The position numbers and the translations under genes were made by a program. A DNA stretch of 64,000 bases, from UHGV virus genome UHGV-1352483, one strand, 5' to 3'. This DNA comes from a virus. The notes below the pieces were generated by a model. It did not search any database and was not told the origin of the DNA. It worked only from the letters and a program-made list of their open reading frames with translations. Shown here one piece after another: positions 20,096-30,328 of the stretch. How positions within the stretch are numbered: the stretch's first letter is position 1; every line of letters begins with the position of its first letter.

Positions 20096-23000
20096 TTATT
20101 CAAAGTAATAGACATTCATATCATGAAGTACAGTCTTATTGGTATTTGCGGTCTCCATAGATAGCTTAATGTAAGCCCAAGGATTCCTTATTCTATCCCT
20201 GTGGTTTTTATCATCCCTAGGGATATTAGCCCTCCATATCCTAAACTTCTTTTGAATGGTAGAAGGTCTTCCCGATATCATTTGCAGATTAGCTGTTCCT
20301 TTCTGATATTCATTCCATACAGTAAGAGTATCAAAGGTTCTTGTACTAATAAGAGCATCATCAGAGCCCCTATAAGAGTCAGCCCTGAACTCTACTGTAT
20401 TGAATATCTTATCCAATGGTTCATCAGGATTAGCTATGACTGTTACAGAGAATGGTTGATACTGATTAAAGTATCTGTTATATTCCCCCTTATTCTGCTG
20501 CCATAATTTATATACGTCTTCCTCTCTATATTGGAAATCTTTCCTGATTGATAATGTTGTATCTCCTAGAGTATTCATATAAGGAACATTCTCATAATTA
20601 AAGAATGACATAAACTGCCCTAAAGGTTCTGAGAATCCTAAACATTCATTAGAACTGGTAAAGAATACATCCCCATTTATTTTATCATAGTGGGTAACAA
20701 AGCTCTTGAAATCTGAAGGATTCCATATTGCCACTTCCTTAGACCTGCTGTTAATCCAAGAGTGGAATCCAAGCTTATCAGAAAGGTTGGCTACTTCCCC
20801 ATTGAACAGGTATATACCCTTAGTTATATCATCAATAAAGTATAAGCCATTTGGTGTTTCACATATAGACCATTTGTTAGTACAGCCTAATTCATTGGTC
20901 ATATATCTCTTACCATTTACTTTTCCACTGTTAGCTATTTCAATAGGAACTCCCTCAGCAGAATTTATCTGGGTAACATTGTTATACATTATATTGCTTA
21001 TTCCCCTGTCCTGAAAAGATATAAGTTCATTATTGAATCTCTTGATAGCTCTTACCGGCCCTTTATCCCCATCCATATCCAATGTGGAAGCAAGAGTAAT
21101 ATTAGTCCATGTATCAATGCCTTCACCCAAAGTTTTGGTCTTAGTCCATGTAACCATATTAGGGAATCTGTTCAGGTTTATAGCACTGTAATCATGTGTT
21201 CTATAACTGAAGAAGTTATTCCTTTGCTGATATACAGGATTAAACAGATTGAAGTTCTGAGGACTCATATTAAGATTACTTGATTGCCCCCTGTTCCTGT
21301 CATACCTTGAATCCAAGTTAACTCTTGATTCAATCATTGTTGATGTAATATCAACAAGAGTATTCATATCATCCTGACTATTGGCATAGGTTTTAAGACA
21401 GTCATATCTTGCAAAATAAGTATCTCCTACTCTATAAGTCAAGGATATATCATAACCTGAATCAAGTTCTACTGGTTCCCCACAGACTTCCCATCTGTTA
21501 TTGGCAACATCGGCTTCTGATGTACCTCCAAATCTGGTAGAGGATTGTATATTATCCCTATATAATTCTCCTATCCATATTAAGGCTAAACTGAGTGAAC
21601 TAGTAGCAGGTTCTTGATAAAAACTTGCATTAGGCATAGAGTATTGGTTTACTACATACTGCTTAGTAGAATTATAGAATGGAGTAAATAATCCAGTCAT
21701 AATTTTTCTCTTGGGCACTTTAAACCCTGCTGGAAGTACAACCTGTTGCCATACTGAACCAGTCCAGTAAGGATTAAAGGATATGACAGCATGAGGGGTA
21801 GATTTATATTTCATCTGAACAGGGTCTTTAGCATATACTCTTTGGTATACAGGGTTCTCTGCTGTACCAGTCTTTATCTCCATCTTCATCCCAATTATAC
21901 TACTGACAGTCAACTCAATTTTTTTTGAGTCTTTATCTATTGGGCCTACAAAGGCAACTGGATAATCCATATTTCTATGAATAATAGCTGTTAGATTGTT
22001 CTTATTAAAGCATCCATGTGCTAAATCTGACCCACTCCAGCTTGTAGCTTCTGAAGTATCAGTAGTATATACAGCACCTTCATCAGGGTCTACACTATTC
22101 ATAGTATATACTGAATCTACATTACCCCTATATAATAACTCTTTTTTAGGTAAATCTTCTCTTTTAAGTTTCAATATCTGGTTCTCAGAGTAATTAAAAA
22201 GACCAACCTTATTCCCATAAGGAGGAATCCATTGATTACCGTTCCCAAAGTATTTGAACTTATTACAGAAAACAATCCTTGATGTTTTCTTCTTGTCCAA
22301 AGTTGCTGTTCTCTTATCTTCCCCCTCTGAGGTAGTACAGTCATTTACACTGCCAGTTCTTTGCCAGGGATATATACCAAAAGCTAATAATTTTCCATCA
22401 GCTAACTCCTTAGTATATGCTTCATCAATCCATAAAGCTTGGGTCGCTGGAATAAAAGGGCCATCATTTACCGTAGGAACAGACTTATTCCAGTAAGTAT
22501 TGACAGGAGGCAGTTTATAGGCATCAGGCCATTTTCCTGTATTCTTTACAGTAAAGTCAATATCTACTTTATCACTAATAGCTTCTGTATACCCAACTAT
22601 TCTAAATTTCAAATCAGAAAAATCTGCATTGTACAATTCTTCAGAGTTTTCTATATCAGGAGAATGAAATGTAACTACTGAACTATCTACTATGAAATCT
22701 TCTCCTATAAGACCTACTAGATTAGTAGCTCCTATCTTATTTCCTATAAAGCTATCAGGGCAAGCGGATGATGCATCCAACTTATATAAAGTAGGAGAAC
22801 ATATACCGAATGTTGAAGAAGTATTAACCTCTGTGGTATATGGTTCCATATAACTAGCTTTATTCTTCCAAGCATCTTCTGTTATATTTATAACAGTATT
22901 ATTTATTCCACAATTATGTAAATATTGATAGGGGGTAAGTCCCATATTGACCAAAGGAGAGTCATAAGGAACGTCACTGAATCTAAAGAACCATGAAGAC

Positions 23001-24562
23001 ATAAAGTCGTTTACTCCAGAGTATCTATCCTTTATATTATAGACTGTAGGACTGACAATCCCCTGAGCTATAATATTCCTATCTTTTAATTCAGGGTAAC
23101 AGACAACAGGAACCAAATGAGTATAACCTGCTTCAAGCATAGCAGATTGGACAGTTTCCCCTACTGTAAGTTGAAAGCCTGGAATGAAAAGGTTGTTACC
23201 TTGTAAGGATGGAGCAACAGTTTCTTCCTTATCTCCTATCCACATGACCTCTGACCTTTCCCCATATTTATTTATGCCAAAGAATCCTAGTCGGTAGACT
23301 TCTCCTCTTTTGAATCCCTTTCTGTTATATCGTACAGGAGCTCCATAAGTCTGAGGTTTATAATCATAGAATATGTTACTGTCAAAATTAAAATCAGTAT
23401 CACTGAATATACTTATTGCAGAAATAGTCAATTCATCAGAAGTTGTAACTCCTGTTGCTATTCTACGGCAGAGTTCCTTCATAGTTCCAAGCCCTGTTAC
23501 TGATACATCCCCAAGCAATCTTGTTACAAGATTAAAGTTACCTAAGAACAAGGTATTATCCTTCTGGGATATTGCATATGGGGATACCCTTACTCCTCCT
23601 ACAAATAACAAATTTGTAGGGTCAACAGACTCTAAGGAGCCCCCAGCATCCGTAATAGTAAATGAGGAGCCCCCAGCAAAACTATCATGTATTAAGTCGG
23701 CTGTAGGAGTACCATTCAAACTGGTTCTCATTATTCTATATACCCTGCAATACTTGAACTGGGCAGGGAAGTTGGATATGTTAAGGCTATATCCCATACT
23801 TATTTTTTCCTCAGGGGAACCTCCTCTATCTTCAAAGGCTATATACAGTATTTCAGTTGTACCTAGTATATTACTTTCAGAGTCATATTTATTATAGCCA
23901 GTAATTACATATTGTACAACTCCTGATGGAAATTCTCCAGAAACCTTTACAGGCTCTACAGTTACCCTGACAGTCCTTGCAGGTTTAACAAAATCAAACG
24001 AATCATTATTCCATCTTGATATTGTATCATTATCCGATTCTATATTAATCATTCTAGGTTGGTTTACTCCATCAACCCAGTATATCTTTTTCAGCTCTTC
24101 ATTCTCGTAAAGGGATAATGTTTCAATAGGATTGGCTGTAGAGAAGTTCAAATCTCCAGTAAATAAAAGCTTTCCTTTAGCTATATTATTGTCCAGCCAT
24201 ACCCTGTATATTCTATCAAGTCTGTTATAACCGATAGTTCTGGTATCAAAAGGAGTCATAGATATATCAGGTACATCCTTTTCTACTCCTTCTATATTAT
24301 CTAAGGTTACATCCCCTGATGTAAATACAACAAGATTATTATCTACTACTCCAGTACCAATGGGAGTACCTGCAAATCCCCATCCTACATTATTAATGTA
24401 GGAATACAGATTACCTTTCTCATTGATTGCACTAAGTAAGGTACTCTCATCAGTAGGCATAAACCTTATATTGTGAGCCTCATATGCATATTCAGGATTA
24501 AATGCAGAAACACTCAAGTCCCTTTGCATTCCTTTTAATTTAAAGAGTATATTCTTCTGCAT
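20096..24562 (-). CDS. Giant tail or structural protein (1488 aa).
   Basis: 4.4 kb ORF. An imperfect hairpin with a T-run (about 20030-20080, minus sense) separates it from the next gene. Its position is typical for tail or muzzle-type giant proteins. Confidence 0.8.
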   Translation of the reverse strand: MQKNILFKLKGMQRDLSVSAFNPEYAYEAHNIRFMPTDESTLLSAINEKGNLYSYINNVGWGFAGTPIGTGVVDNNLVVFTSGDVTLDNIEGVEKDVPDISMTPFDTRTIGYNRLDRIYRVWLDNNIAKGKLLFTGDLNFSTANPIETLSLYENEELKKIYWVDGVNQPRMINIESDNDTISRWNNDSFDFVKPARTVRVTVEPVKVSGEFPSGVVQYVITGYNKYDSESNILGTTEILYIAFEDRGGSPEEKISMGYSLNISNFPAQFKYCRVYRIMRTSLNGTPTADLIHDSFAGGSSFTITDAGGSLESVDPTNLLFVGGVRVSPYAISQKDNTLFLGNFNLVTRLLGDVSVTGLGTMKELCRRIATGVTTSDELTISAISIFSDTDFNFDSNIFYDYKPQTYGAPVRYNRKGFKRGEVYRLGFFGINKYGERSEVMWIGDKEETVAPSLQGNNLFIPGFQLTVGETVQSAMLEAGYTHLVPVVCYPELKDRNIIAQGIVSPTVYNIKDRYSGVNDFMSSWFFRFSDVPYDSPLVNMGLTPYQYLHNCGINNTVINITEDAWKNKASYMEPYTTEVNTSSTFGICSPTLYKLDASSACPDSFIGNKIGATNLVGLIGEDFIVDSSVVTFHSPDIENSEELYNADFSDLKFRIVGYTEAISDKVDIDFTVKNTGKWPDAYKLPPVNTYWNKSVPTVNDGPFIPATQALWIDEAYTKELADGKLLAFGIYPWQRTGSVNDCTTSEGEDKRTATLDKKKTSRIVFCNKFKYFGNGNQWIPPYGNKVGLFNYSENQILKLKREDLPKKELLYRGNVDSVYTMNSVDPDEGAVYTTDTSEATSWSGSDLAHGCFNKNNLTAIIHRNMDYPVAFVGPIDKDSKKIELTVSSIIGMKMEIKTGTAENPVYQRVYAKDPVQMKYKSTPHAVISFNPYWTGSVWQQVVLPAGFKVPKRKIMTGLFTPFYNSTKQYVVNQYSMPNASFYQEPATSSLSLALIWIGELYRDNIQSSTRFGGTSEADVANNRWEVCGEPVELDSGYDISLTYRVGDTYFARYDCLKTYANSQDDMNTLVDITSTMIESRVNLDSRYDRNRGQSSNLNMSPQNFNLFNPVYQQRNNFFSYRTHDYSAINLNRFPNMVTWTKTKTLGEGIDTWTNITLASTLDMDGDKGPVRAIKRFNNELISFQDRGISNIMYNNVTQINSAEGVPIEIANSGKVNGKRYMTNELGCTNKWSICETPNGLYFIDDITKGIYLFNGEVANLSDKLGFHSWINSRSKEVAIWNPSDFKSFVTHYDKINGDVFFTSSNECLGFSEPLGQFMSFFNYENVPYMNTLGDTTLSIRKDFQYREEDVYKLWQQNKGEYNRYFNQYQPFSVTVIANPDEPLDKIFNTVEFRADSYRGSDDALISTRTFDTLTVWNEYQKGTANLQMISGRPSTIQKKFRIWRANIPRDDKNHRDRIRNPWAYIKLSMETANTNKTVLHDMNVYYFE

Positions 24563-24563
24563 A

Positions 24564-25277
24564 TCAATTAATCTTTAAGTATTCCTTATTACCCAAATCC
24601 TTGAACCCTCTCTTGAATTCATTAACTCTCGGTATAAGCTGATTCCAAAGTCCTGTTATAGATTCCATTTCAGAAGGAGAAGGTATAGTAAACTCACTCA
24701 TACATTGTCCTGCTTTCCATGCATAATCCTGCTGTACATTCTGTAATACAGCTGGTTGTATTTTACCCATATCAAACAATATGGTAAACCATTCCTGCTT
24801 AATATAAAGTTCCAATGCTTTTACAAAGGAACTGTTATCAGGAATAAGTGGGAATCCATCCTCATCTATAGGTACAGCCCTATAGGATATATCCACTGTC
24901 CCTTCCTTAAAGGAAGTATATATAAGCCTGCCTTGAGTTTTAAAAGTCTTCTCTCCTCTACTACTATTCCCCTTTGTATGAAAACTGTCAGTAGTATATC
25001 TCATACATATATCATCCTTACAATCCCTTACCTGTTTAATGGCAATAAGGTCACAGGGCAAAGCTCCTCTGTAATTGCTTATTTCCACAGTCTGTACTTT
25101 ATCAATGTAAATCTTAGGCATTCCCATAGTATGTATGAAATCAATAGTATATTGCACTATTGTCTCGAGTGATAAATCCTGCATTAACGGATGCCTTAAC
25201 AGCCTGCTTGCAATCTCTCTTATGTTAATCCATTGAATATTATTTACCATAGTCTTATCTTTTAATAAGGAAGGCAT
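24564..25277 (-). CDS. Hypothetical structural-module protein (237 aa).
   Basis: ORF abutting the 1488-aa gene with a 1-nt gap. Confidence 0.7.
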   Translation of the reverse strand: MPSLLKDKTMVNNIQWINIREIASRLLRHPLMQDLSLETIVQYTIDFIHTMGMPKIYIDKVQTVEISNYRGALPCDLIAIKQVRDCKDDICMRYTTDSFHTKGNSSRGEKTFKTQGRLIYTSFKEGTVDISYRAVPIDEDGFPLIPDNSSFVKALELYIKQEWFTILFDMGKIQPAVLQNVQQDYAWKAGQCMSEFTIPSPSEMESITGLWNQLIPRVNEFKRGFKDLGNKEYLKIN

Positions 25278-25821
25278 CCAAACGTCCTTCCTTTATTCTA
25301 TCTTTTAGTGCCTTCTTTATGAAAGTATTAGGTATAAATTCATAAAAGGCTTTATTATTATATTTAGCTACAATCCTGTTATAATAGACTTTAAAGTATT
25401 CTTTTTCCTCCATTTTAACAAGTGTTCTTTCCTTATAGGCTTCCTCATCTTCATACCAGAGTTTTAATGTCCTATCCCAATCAATGGGAACCTTAGCTAC
25501 TACTTTTCCATTCTTAATCTTAATTGAAGGAAGGTTCTTTCTTAATTCAATCCTACCCATAGCATATGGTAGAATTATATCTCTCCCATTTATAAGATTC
25601 TCAGCAAGAAGGTCATTTATTCTTCTTATAATGCTATAGAATTCATTCTCCTTTAATGGTCTCCCTATATTGAACCATTTATTCTTTCTGATATACTTGT
25701 AGGCATCATATACTCCTAAAGAGCCTGTTACCTTATAATGTTTATTGCCTCCATACCTTTTCAGAACTTTATCTCTGAATTCCCCCAGGCTTATATTATT
25801 CTCCCTTACCTGACCATCCAT
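25255..25821 (-). CDS. Hypothetical protein (188 aa).
   Basis: ORF that overlaps the downstream gene by 23 nt. Compact phage arrangement. Confidence 0.65.
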   Translation of the reverse strand: MDGQVRENNISLGEFRDKVLKRYGGNKHYKVTGSLGVYDAYKYIRKNKWFNIGRPLKENEFYSIIRRINDLLAENLINGRDIILPYAMGRIELRKNLPSIKIKNGKVVAKVPIDWDRTLKLWYEDEEAYKERTLVKMEEKEYFKVYYNRIVAKYNNKAFYEFIPNTFIKKALKDRIKEGRLDAFLIKR

Positions 25822-25822
25822 A

Positions 25823-26518
25823 TCAGTTAGACTTTCTTAAGGAAAGACCAGACAAATCATCTTCTGCATTATTGTCTGTATCTGACGGAGAATATACAGG
25901 AGCAGTAAGTTCCCTTACTATGAGTTCTACCAAAGGGGGAATAAGGTTATCTTCAATAGGGAATGTACTATCCAGTATGTCACAGGAATTCTCTTCCTCA
26001 GAATGGCATTGTATCTTATAGGCATCCTTTGCATCCAAGAATACTGCTGTGAACCTCACTGATTCAAGATGCACATATTGAGGGTTCGATGATTTCAGGT
26101 AAAGGTAATTATCAGGGCCTAGAGTAGCATATATAATATTCTGCAAGTATTTATTGTGTCCTACATATCTCATTCTATCCCTTGATATATAGCTTATTTC
26201 ACCTTGAAAATAATCCTTAGGATACACTCTTGGAATGCCTATATGCATTATAAATGGAACCTTTTCTCTACTTCTTAAGTAACATCCTCCTTCACAGGGT
26301 TCTCCTGATATAGCTGGAACCTGAATTAAATCCAAACAAGCCGTCTGATAGTTACTTTCAGGAATTGATTTCTTTATATCCGAGTATCTCTGTTTAAGTA
26401 AGAATGGCCTGTACTTATCCATAAGAAACATAATATGGTCTTCTGTAAACTTGGCATCATCAGATGTAAGTTTAAGTTCATCCAATACCAGATATACAAT
26501 TTCTTTATATGTATTCAT
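25823..26518 (-). CDS. Hypothetical protein (231 aa).
   Basis: ORF. An AT-rich promoter-like spacer lies upstream (26519-26615). Confidence 0.7.
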   Translation of the reverse strand: MNTYKEIVYLVLDELKLTSDDAKFTEDHIMFLMDKYRPFLLKQRYSDIKKSIPESNYQTACLDLIQVPAISGEPCEGGCYLRSREKVPFIMHIGIPRVYPKDYFQGEISYISRDRMRYVGHNKYLQNIIYATLGPDNYLYLKSSNPQYVHLESVRFTAVFLDAKDAYKIQCHSEEENSCDILDSTFPIEDNLIPPLVELIVRELTAPVYSPSDTDNNAEDDLSGLSLRKSN

Positions 26519-26615
26519 AAATTTATTTATTAGTTAATAACTAAAAAGTCCTGCAAATATAAGTATTTAATCTTATATAAGCAAGACTCTTAACATTTTA
26601 TTAATAAAGTAAGCA

Positions 26616-26915
26616 TCATACTACTTCCAAATTATCCTTCATCATTCCTATGAAGTTATTATATGATAATGTATTGGATATATACTCTGGGAATGGTAAT
26701 AAACAATCTACTCCAAACAAACAATAGAGAGCATTGGTGATAGATTTATAGTCCTCCTCAGTTATGAAATCCTTGTAAGTTCCATCAAGTAATTCTTCAA
26801 TAAAGTATAGTACCAATAGCCTGTCTACACTCTTATAGCTTTTGTATCCAAGAGCAGCCAGAGTATTAAAGTAGGTTACTATTGAATCATATGAAATATC
26901 AGCCAGTTGTCCCAT
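26616..26915 (-). CDS. Hypothetical small protein (99 aa).
   Basis: ORF that overlaps the next gene by 17 nt. Confidence 0.55.
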   Translation of the reverse strand: MGQLADISYDSIVTYFNTLAALGYKSYKSVDRLLVLYFIEELLDGTYKDFITEEDYKSITNALYCLFGVDCLLPFPEYISNTLSYNNFIGMMKDNLEVV

Positions 26916-27459
26916 TGCATCTACATTTTAAAGATTCACCTTCTTCAGTATTACACATAAAGAACTTCTTCCAATATTTAATGGCTTGAGTATAATGAGC
27001 TGTCCTGATTGCAAGTTCAAGAGCTTTTATCCTTAAGATAGACTCTATAAAGTTCTTAGGTATCTCACATGAGCATTCTATCTGTCTGATACTGCACATA
27101 CTTGTATTATATACCTTACTTAAATCGACAGCTACTCCTATAGTAGTCTGGTTATTCATACCCTCAGGAGTATCAGCTGATGGAGTTCCTTTTGTTATAA
27201 CATACACAAAGAACATATTGTCTTCAACTGTAACTTCAACCAAATCATCAAGTACAAGTTGTACTCTTTTACTATTACCAGTTACAGTTGTTGTATACAC
27301 AGGATGTCTTGATGGCCTGTTATCCACATAAGTCCCTTGGGAATCTACTACCACTTTGTCTATATATACATTCTGGTAATAAGACATATCCTTAACTGAT
27401 GCATCTATAATCAACCTTTTGCCATCAGGGGTTATACGTAGTTCATTAAATGTTATCAT
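26899..27459 (-). CDS. Hypothetical protein (186 aa).
   Basis: ORF immediately downstream (in minus sense) of a strong terminator. Confidence 0.65.
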   Translation of the reverse strand: MITFNELRITPDGKRLIIDASVKDMSYYQNVYIDKVVVDSQGTYVDNRPSRHPVYTTTVTGNSKRVQLVLDDLVEVTVEDNMFFVYVITKGTPSADTPEGMNNQTTIGVAVDLSKVYNTSMCSIRQIECSCEIPKNFIESILRIKALELAIRTAHYTQAIKYWKKFFMCNTEEGESLKCRCNGTTG

Positions 27460-27475
27460 ATGTTCTTTTTTTTTT

Positions 27476-27506
27476 TAAAGAAAAAAGGGCACAATTAAGT
27501 GCCCTT
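27476..27506 (-). terminator. Rho-independent terminator after the 332-aa structural gene.
   Basis: In minus sense: GGGCAC-TTAATT-GTGCCC followed by TTTTTTCTTT and an A-run. Confidence 0.75.
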
Positions 27507-27515
27507 TATATTAGA

Positions 27516-28514
27516 CTAGGTTAATTTTGTAATATTAAGACCACTAGCTGTATTGATAGCTGTAATTAAGGCATTCATTAGTGTATGACTGCCATCATCC
27601 TCTGCAACAATAGTAAGGTCTTTCTCAGATTTCTGAACTGATTCATTGCTACCAACATATGCAAAGTGGATATCCAATGTATCATATTTCTTACTCGGGT
27701 CAACAAGATAAGTAGTCCTGATTATATTCGGGAAACCTACTCCTCTGTAAATGTCCCCTCTTTCACCCATACAGAAGTATTCAAGGTCTGCAATTTCCTT
27801 ACCATCTTCTACTGAATTGGTAGAAGCAATCTTAGTTACTTTACCCCAAATAACATCGTCTCCATCAACAAGAACAGTAACAAATTGTACAGTAAATGGA
27901 ATATATGCTACTGGCATAGTTCCCAATACCCATTTTTGTTCTACTTCTTCAAGATTCAATCCTGTGTAAGTACCTGTTAAATCAGATTCTTTTGTAGCAT
28001 TGGTTACTTCAACAGATGTTGATGCTGTAGTCAAATATACTTTAACCAAAGGTACATCATCCCTTGACATATTTTTAACCAATGATAATGCTAAAGTCTT
28101 GTAGAAGTTTGAAGCATTCATACCGACTCCTGCATGAACCATACCATATTTTACATAAGTATCTTCTTCAGATTGACCTACATAATGTCTGAAGAACAGT
28201 CTCAGGATATAATCTTGTCCTGCAACGGGTGCTCCTGTATTTACATCAGGGTCTAATACTACATGATGCAATGCTAAAGGATGAGCTAAAGCTTCAGATG
28301 AAGTAGCTTTTGCATACATCACTGTCTTTAAATCAATGAGGTCTGTTCTTGTCATACCTCCTGCTCCCATGTATTCAAGATACATATGGTTCTTAGCTGT
28401 ATCTGCTTTAGGTAAAATAGAACCTACTGCATCAGTAGGAAGTAATTGATTATCTGTCTTTAATTCTTTTGCAACATAAAGTTGTCTGGCTTGATTTGTA
28501 CTATAAACTGCCAT
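27516..28514 (-). CDS. Abundant-looking virion structural protein (332 aa). Candidate major tail, ring or auxiliary capsid protein.
   Basis: ORF flanked by its own strong terminator, which suggests high expression. No enzymatic motif. Confidence 0.7.
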   Translation of the reverse strand: MAVYSTNQARQLYVAKELKTDNQLLPTDAVGSILPKADTAKNHMYLEYMGAGGMTRTDLIDLKTVMYAKATSSEALAHPLALHHVVLDPDVNTGAPVAGQDYILRLFFRHYVGQSEEDTYVKYGMVHAGVGMNASNFYKTLALSLVKNMSRDDVPLVKVYLTTASTSVEVTNATKESDLTGTYTGLNLEEVEQKWVLGTMPVAYIPFTVQFVTVLVDGDDVIWGKVTKIASTNSVEDGKEIADLEYFCMGERGDIYRGVGFPNIIRTTYLVDPSKKYDTLDIHFAYVGSNESVQKSEKDLTIVAEDDGSHTLMNALITAINTASGLNITKLT

Positions 28515-28556
28515 AATTTTTGGTGTTTAATTAAACAATAGTGTTATTTATTTTAT

Positions 28557-29240
28557 TTATCCTTTTTTCTGATACATCATTTCCTGAGCTAATGAAACTG
28601 CTCTATAAAGAATAGGTCTATGTAAGGCTGAATTAAGTTCACATTCTGAGGCAGAACTTACTCCATTTATTGTAAGATTCATGGATTGTAAACTTTCCAG
28701 TATGATTGGTTTAGGCTTTCTAAGATACCTTACATAGTATTTCGATATATCATAAGGAGTTACTATTTCTATCTTATCGGCTGCATTCAATCTTAATGCC
28801 CTTCTTTCCCCTGCTCCCCTGAAAGGATTCTTACTTACTCTGTAATATTCGTCTAAAGTAACAGGTACGACAGGTATTTCCTTTCCACTTAAACATGGAT
28901 AAGGACTGTCAATAGTCATACTTTCATACAGTATGAAAAGCAGGTCATTTATACCAAAGACTTTAGAATCAGGGGAAATGGGGTTGGGATAATCCTTGAT
29001 TATATCTGAGGAAGTTTTACTTGTAGAAGTAACAAGAGCACTTAAGTATTCTCTCAGTTCCTCTGTCTGTTCAAAAGATGTCCCAGTTACATCCCTCCCA
29101 TTGTATAATTCAACAACAACCAGCTCCTGAGCTTCTGTCAGGAGAACCGATTTCTCATATTCAGTAAGTCCTGGAGCTGCATTTGACATAATATTGTTAT
29201 AGTTTATATCAAACTCGCTGCTAAATTCTTGTAATGTCAT
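28557..29240 (-). CDS. Hypothetical structural protein (227 aa).
   Basis: ORF with a 4-nt overlap with the upstream gene. Confidence 0.7.
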   Translation of the reverse strand: MTLQEFSSEFDINYNNIMSNAAPGLTEYEKSVLLTEAQELVVVELYNGRDVTGTSFEQTEELREYLSALVTSTSKTSSDIIKDYPNPISPDSKVFGINDLLFILYESMTIDSPYPCLSGKEIPVVPVTLDEYYRVSKNPFRGAGERRALRLNAADKIEIVTPYDISKYYVRYLRKPKPIILESLQSMNLTINGVSSASECELNSALHRPILYRAVSLAQEMMYQKKG

Positions 29241-30259
29241 TCTTTTAATTTGGCTTCAATAGCAAACTTAAGTTCTTGATTCTTAGGATTGTTCAAATAC
29301 TTAGCTGCAATATTCAATACTGGTTCTTCATTATGTCCACATAATGGAGAATTATCACTCTTTAAATAAAGATATCCACCTCTGTTAGATATAATCCCTG
29401 CTTCTACAGCCCTCTTAATCAATACTTTAGTAGGTAACATAGGGTCTGTAATAACTCTAAGGAACATCTTACTGTCAGCTTGAATAAGCTCGTTTGCTTT
29501 TGTCTGTAAGAATTCTAGCTTAGTGTTAACTGACATAGGTCTTCCATCAATAGCTTCTATGATGGTTCTCAGGATATCTGCATCATTTTCTACTTTACCA
29601 AATTCCTTATAACATCTCATTGTACTGCTCATGTTATCCTTAGCAGTCTTGACTTCTTCTCCATCAGAGATAATGACAAACTGATAAGTAGCTTTAAAAT
29701 GGTCTTCCATTTCCTGCATGGAAGGTGCTATATAGTCCTTATTGGCAAGTAATACTTTATATCTTATATAATCATCAGGAGAAGCCAGGTTGAATACATT
29801 ATCTTGCTTATGTAAGGGAACCTGGAAATTATCCCAATAATTATCTTTCTTTCTATAAATACTAAGGGCATCATATTCTAAGCCCATTATTTCCTCAAGG
29901 AATGCTTTTTCCTCATTTGTGAGAACATTAACATACATACCTGATTTAAGTACAGGTACAGTAAAGGTTCTTACTGCATTTTCAGCCATACCCCCATATA
30001 AAATATGTTTAGGGTTAGTGACCATTCCAACTCTTGGAATATGCCTTACTGTAATTTTCTCATTCCTAAGACAACTTACTGTTGCTTTAGCTGATGATTG
30101 AACTCTAGCTCTCGTAAGAGGTTTATCATAAATAGTTGGTTCCTCTCTCTCATTAACAACTACTTCTGTAGTTGGCAATTCTGATACTGTTTCATCATCT
30201 ACTGAAAATTCAGGTGCACTATAATCTACTGTTTCTTCTACTTTTCCTTTTGTAGCCAT
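29237..30259 (-). CDS. Hypothetical head-associated protein (340 aa).
   Basis: ORF immediately downstream of the MCP terminator. Confidence 0.7.
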   Translation of the reverse strand: MATKGKVEETVDYSAPEFSVDDETVSELPTTEVVVNEREEPTIYDKPLTRARVQSSAKATVSCLRNEKITVRHIPRVGMVTNPKHILYGGMAENAVRTFTVPVLKSGMYVNVLTNEEKAFLEEIMGLEYDALSIYRKKDNYWDNFQVPLHKQDNVFNLASPDDYIRYKVLLANKDYIAPSMQEMEDHFKATYQFVIISDGEEVKTAKDNMSSTMRCYKEFGKVENDADILRTIIEAIDGRPMSVNTKLEFLQTKANELIQADSKMFLRVITDPMLPTKVLIKRAVEAGIISNRGGYLYLKSDNSPLCGHNEEPVLNIAAKYLNNPKNQELKFAIEAKLKE

Positions 30260-30285
30260 ATTACTTCTCCGTTATAATATATAAA

Positions 30286-30320
30286 TAAAAAAAAAAGGAG
30301 GGAGTTCTAAGTCCCTCCCT
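30286..30320 (-). terminator. Rho-independent terminator after the major capsid protein gene.
   Basis: In minus sense: AGGGAGGGACTTAGAACTCCCTCC hairpin followed by T10. Confidence 0.8.
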
Positions 30321-30328
30321 ATTTGTTG

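Noticed and set aside
20201-23897. Plus-strand ORFs up to 174 aa inside the 1488-aa gene.
   Set aside because: Antisense to a long intact ORF. No independent start or terminator signals.
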